A stretch of 64,000 nucleotides of DNA, from the NCBI RefSeq assembly GCF_030684315.1, contig NC_081384.1:16716818-16780817 (forward strand). Reading direction: 5' to 3'. The stretch's first letter is position 1. Each line of letters opens with the position of its first letter. Below the pieces are notes generated by a model that saw nothing but the letters and a program-made list of their open reading frames with translations, ran no database searches and had not been told where the DNA came from. Shown piece after piece: positions 22,551 to 35,800 of the stretch. The position numbers and the translations under genes are program-made. Origin of the DNA: Stegostoma tigrinum (Eukaryota).

Positions 22551-25089
22551 TTTGTTTGTTTTTTTTGATATAAGGATGCAGAAGGCTATCTGTGCTGCAC
22601 AGTCCCAAAATTATTACATTTGATGACGAATGATTGTGATGTATGTACAAATATGAATGGACATAGTTACTGAATGGCCTTCTCTGTGCTATTAGACTCT
22701 ATGGTCTGAATCTTTGCACATGCGTCAGGGTACAAGAATTGAGAAATTTCTGAGCTTCCTGTGCCTGCCTTAGGAAGAATGCACTTCAATGGAGATGTCC
22801 ATTCTGGGGGACAGAGGGTGGTAACTTTTTATGAGATGGAGTTAGGCCTATTGCCCCTGGATGCTGTTGAAAAAGCCCACCATGGGTTGTCTCGGACTTT
22901 GTCCCATTTGTTTCATTGATCCCTCTCGCCAACACCCCTTGCATTTCCCCACACTTCACAACACCAATTTATGCCAATGCGTGCACCCACTCAACAGAGT
23001 CAATATTTTAATTTCAGTGATCCTTCTTCAGAACTGATTGTAGCTAGTAGAAGGTGACATTTATGCAGAGGTTAGGGGCTGGGGCTGGGGAACATTTAAT
23101 AGTCTTTTTGAGCTACCAATGAAACTCTGAACTTAGGAGATCTCAGCAGGATAGTGGCAAGTTGTTGAAATCACCCAATTATTAATAAGGACATAATGTT
23201 GCCCTGCAAGGAATGTTATCAAATAGCTACTGGAACTGGTGCACCTGACTCTCATTTCAACTCTATATATCCACTACTGGAACAGACACTTTTCATTGAC
23301 AGAAGCAACCTTTTAAACTTTCAAATTGCTCTGGATAATTTAATAACTTAAGTGGTTTTACCACACATTGACACAGCCTAGCTATTAATGACAAATTAAA
23401 TAGATCGGGTTTTAAATGACCTCACAGCTTGACACTTCTCCCACCAGCTCCCTCATTTAAGAGCTTTTAAGGCTACGATGGAAATTTATAGTCAGTAATG
23501 AATTTGAAAGGCCTAGCTGAGTTAGGAATCCTAGACTATGTAAGTTATACCCTTCCCCAACTGGCGAAAATGAAATCTGTTCGAAATGGAGGCAGGACAT
23601 ATGGATTCCAGTCCCGCCACCATTTTGGATGCTAGAGAGATGATCTGTACAAAAATATAGGGATGTGTGTATATTGAATTCTTACCCACTCCATGGCTAC
23701 TGATTGACCCATTGTTTCTTATGTTGTGGAATGCATAAATTATTTGGGAATAGCTTTGTGGGCCAAAGGGCCTGTCTCTGTGCTGTATTTTATATTGTAT
23801 AAGTACCTTCTACTTCACCCAGATGCATTTGTTGTATCTCACTTGATGCTGAGGACTTATTGATCTATAAGTGTCTCTGTCTGTTTCTATCTCTTTCACT
23901 CTGTCCCCATTTCTGAAGAGAAACCAGGAAGTGTCTATTCCGTCATTGCAGACAAAGTGGAAACATATTGAATTCTCTAGTCCTCCCGTTGCTCACCAAT
24001 GTGGTGAACACATGCTCTCAAAAATTTCAAATAGAAGTTGCACAACATTTGGCATTTAGTGAAGAAGTCTGAATTAACCACAGGAAACAAGGGGATAATC
24101 TCTCAGCAGTAGCTGTGCATGATCATAGTTGACTGGACTGAGTAATGGGGAACCTCAACCCATGGCTCAATATATTCAGATTCTCTACAATTTTAGTTTG
24201 GGCTGGGAAGAGGCAGTTGTGTGAATATTTCTTGAACTAAAACAATTAGAAGTGAACCTTCCACTTCTTCACATTATTGCCTTTGTCTAAACAATGTTGG
24301 CACATGATATCAAGTCTAGGCACATTTAGAATACTGTCATAGATTGTAAAATGGAAAAACTGATCCATTTGACAGCGCTGTAATCCCTCACCATAACAAA
24401 AAAGACCTGGTTTATCTCAAGAGAAAGAAAGAGGGGTGTAGTTGACTCAACATATCATGGCTATTGCCAACCTTTCCCACATTGTTTAGTTTCCACTATC
24501 TGTTCCAAGACACATTCCCAGGGGATTCCCAGATATCCAGCTGTTTGAACTTGGATGATGGCTTGAGCCTGGTATAAGGCCTCCCTTCACAGACAAATTG
24601 AAACAATATGGACTTGTGTGTGACTGAGCTGCAGCAAGAGGAAACAAAAGATTACAGATACTCACAAAAAGGCACCTGCATAGAGTCCTGCAATGGATAC
24701 TGCTGTATAAACTCCTGCCCCACTATAACTCACAAATACAACCTGTAAGCTGATAGTCTACCACTCACTTTTTATTCTCAGTTAGCTCCTTATAGTTAAT
24801 GTTAGGAAAACGCTATTATTTTAAGAAATTTCACCCTATTTTTTGATTTCTGTTAGAACAGTACAAAACCATAAGTTGTTTATCAATAATTATTTTGGAA
24901 TTGTCTATTCCTTTGTAAACATTCCCTTAACTCTTACGTTTAAAATTGAATTGTCGCAGCAGCTTTTATTTCTCCTACTTTTCGCTTCCTTCTTCCTCCA
25001 GCGGAAAGGAGGGTATTAAATATATGTAAATTGTGTTTAATTGTATACAAATGAAGCAGGCTAATTAGGGTTTGTGAGAGTACATATTT

Positions 25090-25670
25090 TGGGCTCTTGT
25101 CGTGCAGTGGTATTGCCCCTACCTCTGAACAAGAAGCCCTGAGTTCAAGTCCTATCTTCTCCAGAAATGTGTCATAACATATGTGACCTGGTTGATTTGA
25201 ACATGTCTGAGAGTACATGGTTAGGGATATTGTGGTGCAGTCATTGTGTCCCAGAAAGCCTGGGTTCAAGCCCAATCTGCCCCAGGCATGTGTATTGTAA
25301 CATGTCAGAATTGGCTGATTTTAAAAAAAATCTGAGTACATAAGTGCTGTTCTTGTGAGTATCTGTGTAGGTATTTTAAACGACTTGATCTGATATGTTA
25401 TGACACACAGAGTAGGTAGGCCTTGAATGGGTATTTCCTGACACAGAGGTAGGAACACCACTGTTCCATACAAGCTGCTGTAGCTGGTGGTAAAGTGGTA
25501 ATGTCAATGGACTAGCAATCTATCTAACACCTCCAGAGAACAATGGGTTCATGTCCTACTCCAGTAGCATGTGAAACTTAAGATAAATAAGCAAAGGGGC
25601 TTTTGTGTTGCAGTTGTAATGCCCCTATCTCTGAGTTCAAGACCCACTTGCCCCAGGTGTGTCAGTGAGC
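25090..25670. mobile_element. Cluster of short (~110-120 bp) tRNA-derived SINEs
   Basis: Copies at ~25090 (+), ~25225 (+), ~25365-25470 (-) and ~25595 (+), with A-box-like gtgcagtggt and B-box-like gttcaagtcc motifs. The head of another SINE lies at ~25485-25590. Confidence 0.7.
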
Positions 25671-26796
25671 ATTTGAAATCTGAATGGCCCTTTTTATGCT
25701 GTAAAATTTTAGAATGAATGAGACTCCAATTTCTTGGGCAAACAAGATCAATTTTTAAAGATCTCCTGTGAGAGGTAGTATTTCACTTAACAAAAAACAA
25801 TTTTCCTGTACAACTTCAATGTAGGAAGTACTTTACATTAATCACTTTATCTTTAAGATCGATGACTGGGGCAAAGCATTGGGCCTGTTTCTTTTTCACA
25901 AAATTGCATGTGTTCTCAGGATGTGGGTATGTTTGTAAGATCACATTTTTGTACCCACCTTCAGTTGCCTAAAGGACTTAATAATGAGTCTCCTGTTTGA
26001 ACTGCTTCCGATGGTGTTCTTAAGATGCAGCTGGAAGATGTCAGCCTGTGGGAGTTGCTGAGGTCTATGAAGCCTGCCTGGTGCACGTATCCCTGTGCTA
26101 CTGCAAGGTCGCCCCCTCTAGGCAGCTGTACTGTCCCTCACCTCGTGTGGGATACCTGTTGATTAACTGGAAAATCTTTAGTCGCCAATGATTAAGAGGT
26201 TTGTAAAGGCTTTTTGCTGCTCCCAGCTCTGGCCCCACATCCCACTGGGTCAATTACCTAAAGAGGCTGGAGGATCACCGGAAATTGGTCCTCAGGGGTT
26301 TCCTTCAGGATGATTTGCCAAGAGGCATCAGTTTCTAATGACATGGTTCATGTGTGGTTGCCTACAAATAAAGGACAGAATGCAGCATTGAAAAATCCAC
26401 AAAGGATGAGCAAGATTTTTCCCCTTGGTTCCACATAACCACAGAACTTTAATTTTTACATTCACTTACCGTTACAGTGGCAATTTTCACAACCTGACCT
26501 CGGCATAAGCATGCTTGAGGCTTTATTAGTCTGAATTGTTGGGACAGATCCTTAAGCAGATGTCAGGCCCCTCATCCACATATGTGTTAGATAGCAGCCT
26601 CAGTTTGAGGCAGGCATTTTCATCCATTATTCATGTTGTCTTGTGCCTTTCCCCTTTTTATACCCATCTCACGCCAGCCAGGTGAGGCTTTTAGTTGTAA
26701 GTTTCAAAAAAAGGAGGCCAATGAGCATAAGGGATCATGGAAGAAACAAAATCAATGAGGCCCACTAGATTGTGATAAATAATAACCTGAAGTTTT

Positions 26797-27460
26797 TATA
26801 TTCATTCATGGGGTGAGGGTGTAGTAGCCCTTGAGAAGGTGGTGGTGAGCTGCCTTCTTGAATCACTGTAGTAGGTCCACCTACAGTGAAACTGGGAAGG
26901 GAGCTCCAAGATTGTGACTCAGTGACACTAAAGGAACAGCAATATATTTCCAAGTCAGGATGATGATTGGCTTGGAGGGGAACTTGAAGTTGACAGTATT
27001 CCCATGTATGTGCTTTCCTTGTTCTTCCAGATGGAAGTGGTTGTGAGTTTGGAAGGTGCTGTCTAATAAGCCTTGGAGAATTTCTAAAAGGCATCTTGTG
27101 AATGGTACACACAGCTGCTGCTGGGTGTTGCTGGTGAAAGTAGTGCATGTTTATGGCTGTGGTAACAATCAAGTGGGCTGCTTTGACCTGGATAGTGTCA
27201 AGCTTCTTGAGTATTTTTGGGGCTGCATTCATCCAGGCAAGTGGGGAGTATTCCATCACACTCCTGACTTGTGCCTTGTAGATAGTGTGCAGGCTTTGGG
27301 GAGCCAGGAAGTAAGTCACTTGCTGCAAGATTCTTTGCTCTGACAAACTGTTGTAGCCATAGTATTTATACGACTAATCCAGTTCAGTTTCTGGTCATTG
27401 GTAACTCAGAACGTTGATAGTGGGAGGATTCAGTGATTGTGGTGTCATTGAATGTCAAAT
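26797..27460 (-). mobile_element. L2/Crack-like (CR1-group) LINE 3' fragment
   Basis: ORF 26765-27346 reads TIYKAQVRSVMEYSPLAWMNAA...LKKLDTIQ, a LINE ORF2 C-terminus. Homologous to 49480-50030. Confidence 0.85.
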
Positions 27461-27864
27461 GCTTGAAACTGTTTGATTCGTACCAAGTCTGACCATTCAG
27501 AGGTTATTGGTCAGTTTTCTTATATGTTGTACATTATAGCTATACTTCAGACTCCAGCCTACCATGAGACAATCAGCTAATTTTTATACTACATCTTTAA
27601 AGAAAAACATTTGCGGCTTTATACACATTTATGCTGTCTTTATATTTTGAATGACCAATTTTCTTTAGTTTTACTTTTGAAGTGTAAATACTGCTCCAAT
27701 GAAGGAGAGCAGTTATTAAATTTTAAGTCTATGGTTTACTCTTGTAGATTGGATGACTTTCAGAAACTGTTTAGGCTTTCCTACTACAATTTATAACTCT
27801 ACTAACTGGTTGGCACACTTAATATTTTGTTGAAACAATTTGCAATTTGTAACAAAGTCTTGGA

Positions 27865-28200
27865 AGTAGAACGCATAGCCCATTAAGACTATTTCACTAT
27901 TTAATAAAATCATGGCTGATCAGAAGTTTAACTCTATATGCCCACCTTTGTCCCATATCCATTTTAAATAACAAGAAGCTACCAAACTCAGATTTAAGAC
28001 TAACAATAGATCTGGCATCAATTGCTGTTTGTGTTTCCAAAATGCAACTACCTATTTTGTACATCCGAATTTTGTTCCTCTAAGAGTTAGCTTTAATTTT
28101 TTGACTGTGTTATCTGTTGCCGGATTCCGGTAGGAATTATTTCTCTAATCCATCTTGAAAATGTAGAGTAAATCATGCTTTACCTCGTAAACTCCAATGG
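27865..28200 (-). mobile_element. Degenerate CR1 3' fragment
   Basis: atcatggctgatc...cccacctttgtcccatatcc...caaactcagattta pattern. Confidence 0.55.
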
Positions 28201-30396
28201 ATAATTGTGTACATCTTCCACCCAGTATCCTGTTTTTACAGATTTACAATATGACTTGCAGTATTTTGTTAGTTTAATGTTCTCTGAATGTATATGCTCC
28301 CACATGCTTCACCTTATACAGCAGTGTTTGAATTAAAAAAAAATTTCCACATTAAGCACAGCCTTCGCTTTATAAGGTATTGAGGTGTAGAAACTATGTT
28401 ATTTGTGATTCTTGAAGAATTCACAGTGAATCAAAAAGAGAGAAGCAAAGACAAAAAAAAAGTTTGCTTGAACATCTTTTCCAACATAAGAATTCCCAAC
28501 TGGATGTAACAACTATTCAGTTTGAAGAGTTAACTGTTTAGTTTGTAATGTAATATTGGAGCCAAAGATTCAACTACTGATCCAGGAAACATAAAATTTA
28601 CCAAAATTTCTGACAGCAACCATAAAAAAAATGAAATGATCAGAATATAGAAAGGTAAGTTACTTAATGTTGTGCTTTATGAATGTATCCTATCGACTGT
28701 GATGGGATGGGTGGAAATGGGATGACTTATCTGTCCCTCAGGTGTCATAAATTTTGTCAAAAGCAGACCCTGCTTTTCAGTTCAGCCTACCCTCGTGCAC
28801 TTAGGCTGCATTTTTCTCTTCCCTGGCTCTTTAAAGCAGCATATTTTCCATCAAAATTGGTGTCGAGGGAGGATGTGTAGAAGACACTACAATCCTTAGT
28901 GCACCCACTCCTGTGAGCTTCCCAAGTTTTGGAGAGGAAAAAAGAAACAGTTCATTCATAAAAGCTGCTATCCAGGGCTGGACAGCAGGTGGCTAAAAAT
29001 AACAGTAGGATGCAGATGTCAGTGAAAAGTAAGTTTTATAGTGTACTAAGTGTTTATTTAAGAGGCATTGTCTAAATCCAACTGGTTTTCACTAGATAAA
29101 TGGGCTAAGCAAAACACTGCACATTTCCACCTTTTTGTTGAATGTTTCTGATAGTCTGTGTCAATTGCTGTTTCTTCACACTTAACACATTGCTTGAGTG
29201 CTGCAGATGTAGTGACACCACAATACCCTAAGTCCCAGTGATGTTATGGATACTTCGCTGAGAATTATTTCTGAAAATTATGTTTGGTTAATTCCAGACA
29301 TGTTAGTTCCTATGAATAAAACATTCTCACCTCAGCTTTATTGCCAACATGGATCATTCCTCAAACAGTCAACCTACTACCAGTTTGCTGAACTACTTCC
29401 TAAGGTTAAATATGGTTTAGAGTGAATTTGCTTCCCCCGACTAGGGAAGTTTTTAAATGCATGCTTCCTACTGTTGCTGCAACTAAGACTGGGAACTTGC
29501 TCCCACATGCTCCACCTTCCACTCCCTGAATAAATTAGGGAAGTGCTGTCCTGGAGCACTGCTTTGCATTACGAGGCATCATACTGAGATTAAAGACATG
29601 GTGGTAGGTGCATCTGACTCATGCTTCAAATATTACACACTGCTACGTTCTCCCAATTTAGCCTGTCATAATTTTTAAAAGTAAATGTAATGATATTTTA
29701 GCAATTGTCGCATATATAAATCATTGTATAAAAACTGCATTACAGCCCAGGCTTGAACATCTGCTTAAAGAATACCCTTTGGATCATTCGCCATTTAATG
29801 CTGAAGGCATAAATTTACATAGACTCACACAGCTACCTTGTTGTACATTTACCCTTCAGACCATGGCATCTGCTGTCTACACTGACTGTTATATGATCTA
29901 AGTGTCTAGGGTTTTTAGGGGCTTACGTAATATAATGTGTGAAAGTGGCCACCTTGCTGGTTTAATGAGATATGTATTGTAAACAAGTTGTAGTTTATTG
30001 CTTCTTTGCAAATATTTATAGGTTATAAGAATAATCATTACATTACTTCAAACACTGTAGAGAGGCTGAGAGTTCACAAAAGTCTTCCATGACATCATCA
30101 TAGAGGATGTTACTTGCTGCACCATCCTAATATAGTTTGCAGAAAGTAACCATTCCAGACCCATATGCAATGTCTCTTAATACGCTTTTGTCGATACGAT
30201 GATTGTCATACATTTGTCTATATAATTACATTTACTATTACTGAACTTCACCCAGGTTTTTGACATTACAAATTCTAGCAGTCATACAGTTTCACAATTT
30301 TCAAACCTGGAAGATTGCTAGCTTGTTTGGCAGAAGGTAGTTGCTTTGTATTGTCTCCTGACAGTTTGAAATCTGAGGTTCTGTTCTGGAAGGGAG

Positions 30397-30720
30397 GAAT
30401 CATAGAATCCCTACACTGTGGAAACTGGTCCTTCGGCCCAGCAAGTCCACACCAACCCTTGGAGCATCCCACCCAGACCCACCCCCCTATAACCCACCTA
30501 ATCTACACCTCTCTGAACACTAAGGGCAATTTAGCATGCCCAATCCACCTAACCTGCACATCTTTGGACTGTGGGAGGAAACCGGAGCACCCAAAAGAAA
30601 CCCATGCAAACAAGGGGAGAATGTGCAAGCTCCACACAGACAGTTGCCCGAGGGTGGAATTAAACCTGGGTCCCTGGTGCTGTGAGGCAACAGTGCTAAC
30701 AACTGAGCCCCCGTGCCGTC
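30397..30720 (-). mobile_element. HE1 V-SINE, full length
   Basis: Minus strand reads ggcacgggggctcagttgttagcactgttgcctcacagcaccagggacccagg..., then V-domain gggtgctccggtttcctcccacagtccaaagatgtgcagg and a CR1-type tail. Confidence 0.92.
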
Positions 30721-30774
30721 TTTCAGTCTCTTGGTTTGAAAGAAGATAGCATCATCCCTGCTAGCGTCGGTACA

Positions 30775-32600
30775 TTTTTCTTTGCAAAATCTAGAATTAT
30801 TAGATATTGCTTGTCTCTTCTTAGTGGTGTCTTCAGTGGTGTTGTGTGCACTACATCTTCCGTTTGTGTCCGTGGATTTTTATTTTAAATCCACTCAATG
30901 CTCCGTACTGCAGTAGGCAGCCTTTATCTCACCTTGATGATTAGTTTAGCCAATTTTGTTGGCCCTCAATGAAAGAATTAGTGATGAAGTCAACTTGTTC
31001 ACTTCTATGATTGTGTTATTTGAAGACTACTTGTGACCTGAGAAATGCTATTTGTTACAGTTGTAGAGGATTCTTCATTGAAAGCTAGGCAGATCAGATA
31101 TCCCACTTGAACATGTTTCTGCCTCATCATCTCAGCATCTAATGTGTGACTTTCTATTGTTATAGCCAATTACTTGGTTGCATTCTAGTTCAGTTGCAAT
31201 TTGTTCATTGGCCCAAGTGGACATACTGTTCTGTTGTTGAGTTTTTGTTTGATTTTCTTAATGTTTCTTTGGAATTGGAATCTGAGCTCTCTTCCATGTT
31301 AATAGTAGTAGTAAACATTTTGACCAAACCGATAAAGTCACAGCTTTGTTTCATTGATGACATGAATCAAATTTCTTATTCCAATGCAATTAATCTTGAA
31401 GAATTCTATTTATTTATGTTCTTCCAGAAGCTTATGGAGCCCAAAAAATCTTCTGTTGTTTAACCCTTTCAGAATTGCTTCTTATCATACCTTCAACATC
31501 AAGTGTGATTGCTGTAGACCATGTATTTAATTTCTGTCAGATTTAATGTGTTTAGTCAATAAGGGTCACTATCTGATAATATCATTACAAATATTTTTAT
31601 GTTTAACATGAAATTTGTCAGATGTTCATTGTTATAAATGTCGGCTTGCCAAAATGTTTGGTTTGTGTCACCAAGTTGTATTAAAACAACAATTGTTTTG
31701 TCTTCTGGAGACTGCCGCATCTTACTATTTATTACTTACCTCCTTGTATGGGGAGCTCTTTGTCTTTTGGTATTCTAAGGCTGTATCCTGCTTCAGCTTA
31801 TTTTCTGAGGCTGACCTATCGTTTTACACTAAAAGCAGTTCATTTTAACAGTTGCCACTGATCATCCTTGTGAGGTTGTTTTGTTCTATAGCATTGACAA
31901 GGATTTTCTATGTCTGTCCTGTCTGCTGCATGAGCTTATGATATATATCTTTTATTATCTAATGCCTTAAGAACTGGACTTATTCACAAGATCTCTTTCG
32001 TGCCAAATGTGATCCTCAGCCCTTCAGATAAATCCGTGTTACTTCTGGACCTCTGCTTCATTCACTAACTGAAAGGCTTTCTCCAGATTCAGGTCATCTT
32101 TGGACTGTAATAAATTTAACAAATTACTCATCAGTAATGCCTACAACAATTCCGTTTCTCATTAATTCTGACTTTAAGTCACCAGACATGCGTCTCTCCA
32201 TTAGTCTGTGGGGATCTTTAATTACATTTGCTAGGGATCCACCAATTACTCAATTCTTCGTTTAATCATATTTTCAAGAATTATAATTGTTCCCAGAATG
32301 AAGTAATTGTCAAAGATTTACAGTACCTCTTTGAATGTAATTATCATTTCTTTTGCCTCTTGGTGAGTTATTACATTATCTGCTGCACTCCCTACTGTGT
32401 ATAATACTTATTTGTTCAGCTTCTCATTTAGTATCCTATTTCGAAGCTATTCTATCTTCAAGAATTGTTTTAATTCAAATGTCCAGTATTCTATTCCATT
32501 TGGCCCATCTCTGCAATTAAATCTTCCTGGCAATTCTATTTCTGATACTATGGATTTTGACACAGCTAGGCAGTTTAAAAGATTTTTATTTTATCATTAA
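30775..32600 (-). mobile_element. Decayed Gypsy-type gag + protease, no recognisable RT/integrase (gag-PR relic 2)
   Basis: Minus translation gives LYTVGSAADNVI...IFDNYF; KSELMRNGIVVGITDE..LQSKDDLNLEKAFQLVNEAE; zinc-knuckle remnant PCQCYRTKQPHK...CF*CKTIG; and FWQADIYNNEHLTNFML (protease start). Confidence 0.75.
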
Positions 32601-35600
32601 ATAAATTTTTCCTGTGCTGTTGTAATGGAGAGGCCTGACCTTAATCCCTAACTGCCATTTACAACTTTAATGGAGGTGTTCCCCACCATTCACAGATGGA
32701 ACAGAGTCTCCCAAATAAATTTCCATGTTAGACTAGAATTGTTCACTTTTTGAGGCTCAGTATGTAGTTTATTGCATGGTGGCAACTATATATAAGGAAT
32801 AATAAATAATTGGTAGTACAGAACTTAAACATCAATGAGAAATGACCTAAAATCAAAACTTTTCATCTTTAAACTCCAGAATTAAAATGTAAGAAACAGA
32901 CTCAAAAAAAGGAGGGGCACTAATTTATATACCATGAGAAGACTGTGAATTGTTTGGGTGATTATATGCATGGAAATATTTTAAGAACAGTTAAGTGTCA
33001 ATCTTAGTTCTTAAATCAGACAGGGGGACTCTGATTAGTCAGGCCACTGCCACTTTGCACCAAAGTCTACCTAACTGGTCTGAAAATTTAAATTGACAAT
33101 TAACTATTTTTGTTTTTCTCCATACCAACAAAACCCCAACCAATGAGCACCCACTTCTTATAATGCATAAATTAATTACCTTTATTTCAAGCTTGTTTTC
33201 TTTGTCTTAGTCTTACTGAGAGTAAGACAAAATAAAAATGTCCTGATGTTTTGTCTCCTTTTTCACAATGTTTGAGTTGCATTAATAAGGTAATCTTGGT
33301 AAAAATGTCCATGAGGAAGATTCAAATGACAGATCTTACTCTTTGGACAGCCCAAAAACAGTTCACTCAAGGCATGTGTGCTGGTGACTGGCTGTTTGCT
33401 TTTGAGAAGATAGTGGTTGTAAGTTACATTCTTAAACCATTGTACTCCATGTGCTCTCGCTAGACTCACAGGCATTCCAGTATCATCACATTGGGCTATG
33501 CTTAATGTTCTCCTTACCATTAATCCATTCAGACCCTTGTACAACATTTCCATGAAATTCTATTTTACTCTCTCATCAAATCCTCTTGACATTATCACAG
33601 TGCTGACTGTATTTACTCAAGTATAAACCCTTTAATACCATGTGCACCAATGTCCATTCTGTAAGGTCACTGTGCTGGGACTTCCAATTGCTAATAAATG
33701 ACAAGTTGTTTTGTTGATAATGAAAGATGTGTCATTTTACTTGTTAATATTTCATTATATAATACAAAATATTATTTTTGTTGCAATGATAGACATTTGC
33801 CCTGCTAAGGCAAGAATGTTTAATTGTTAATAGCGGTTTATAGGAATCATTTCAAGCTTAATTGTTGGTAGTCACATCCAGAAGCCAACTGGAGAGTGAT
33901 CAGTTCTAAAAGATTGGAAAACTGGGTAAAAATATCAGTTTACCCCAAAAGGGACAAAGTCATTATTGGAGCCCATGTGTGAAGTGCGATGGGTGGTTTG
34001 CAAGATGCATCCCTATCTTTGAACCAAGATGCTCCAGCAGAGTCTGATAGCATCTCTGAATAGGTGATTAGAAAATATCTATAAAGTGTGATGGACACTT
34101 TTTTTATATTCACATGCAAGTGTTTTATTTTTTAAAATACAAATAATTTAAATGTAGGTTTTCACAATGTTATTACTTTCTACAGAATGCTTTGTGTCCA
34201 TCAACATCATTTGATTAGCTGTGTTTTTACTGTTTTAGTCCATGTGTATGTAACAATTTGGCTGGAGTTGGCCTTGCTTTCCGAGCTCTCCAACATGGGC
34301 TGGAATATCACACACACACTTGTAGCTCTTCAAGGATTGTAACTCATTTAATTCTGTGGCTTGCCGTTTTCACACTTGTGTTCTTTCTGTTAAGTGAAGT
34401 CTTATTTCTAATTTCCTTTTTTTGAATTATTTCTTCTTCTTACATTTTTAATTTTTTCTGATTTCTTGACAATTATGGCTGACTTACCAATTATCCTGTA
34501 AACAATTTTCTGCTGTTTTTGTTTTCATATGAATTTCCCCATGTGTTCTTAATACCAACCCTTAAAATCTATTATGGAAACTAGCGATTTTTTTTTACTT
34601 TAAAATTTGCAAGTTGCACCAAAGAATAAAAATATTAATAATCTTTTGCTCTTTCCCTTTTCACGTATGAAGTTTCCCTTCGCACCCATTCCAGGGGCAA
34701 ATGTGTACAACATGATCTTGGGTCTAAACAAGTGGAAATTGCACAAAGGTTAATTTATATTTTTTTAATGAGGCTCTTACATATGCAGTATATTGCTTTC
34801 CAAAAAGCAAAATGATTTTGCCGTCTCATGTTTTTTGCAGTCTAATGTAGCCATTATTAATAGTCAGAAACACAACCCTAAAGCATTCATAAGGAAGTGT
34901 GTTTCTCAAAGGTCAGTTTAAAGACTTTCTCATTCTTTTGAGATTTCATTTTCAACCACCAGTTAGTATTAACTTTTAAATTACAAAAAACACCCTGAAA
35001 TTTGAGCTGGCATTTGAATTGTGTTTGTTTCTAATCCTTACTTTACGTGTTGACTCACTCTTTATGGAAATGTAGATCCAATTATGTTTATTTTAGAAAA
35101 AAACTGGACAGAATTAATTGAATCCAAATCCAAGTTTATATTTGATTTTTTTCCTGGCAGTATGTGGAGTATGTTTGACAGTATGTATTACTGCATTTAC
35201 CTGTGATTTGCAGAGAATGCACATGAATTCTAAATCGATCTGCATGAAGCAAAGGAAAAGTATCTTACTAGTGCCTTACATACTGTTCCTAAATGCAAGT
35301 CACCAGTGGCGCATGAAAGAGGCGTAAGAATTGAAGGTACGTCTTCATCTACCTAAAGAAAAATGAGTAAGGCAGCAATCAATTCAATGTGAACAGAGAA
35401 ATAAAAATATTTGTAAATGATTAATGTTGCATTAGAAAGGGATCATGAAGTTTTACTTTTATAATGGCCAGATACCAGTTAAACCTAATTTGTAGCATCC
35501 ACAAATATAAGATTTATAAATGATTGTGGTGCAGAAATTTGATGACTTCTCTCATTGGAAGATTTTCACTGAAATTGGGTAGGGCCTGTGCAACAGTCAA

Positions 35601-35681
35601 TGACTAAAGAAGAAAAGAATGGGAGATGGCCATTAGAGTAAGGCTGAACTTCTGAATAGATAATTGCAAAGTTTAGACGAA

Positions 35682-35800
35682 CCAAATAAGGGGGCCAGCA
35701 TTTATTATCACAGCTGTAAATAATTGGAGCATAGTACTTTTAAATACAGCCAGAAAAAATTGAATGACATCACCCGGAAGAGTCTGTGTGGCAGTAATCA
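35682..35800. promoter_or_regulatory. Candidate enhancer (motif cluster)
   Basis: CArG CCAAATAAGG (35682-35691), E-box CAGCTG (35711), TGACATCA (35765) and ETS core CCGGAAG (35774), in apparently unique sequence. Confidence 0.25.

Noticed and set aside
24040-24921. TRIM-like element (PBS-like TGGCA at ~24050, purine tract + TGTA at 24437)
   Set aside because: No matching LTR pair is visible. At most a decayed LTR remnant.
30315-30749. 144-aa ORF (and the similar ORFs at 42692, 42807, 59786)
   Set aside because: These are read-throughs of HE1 SINE sequence.
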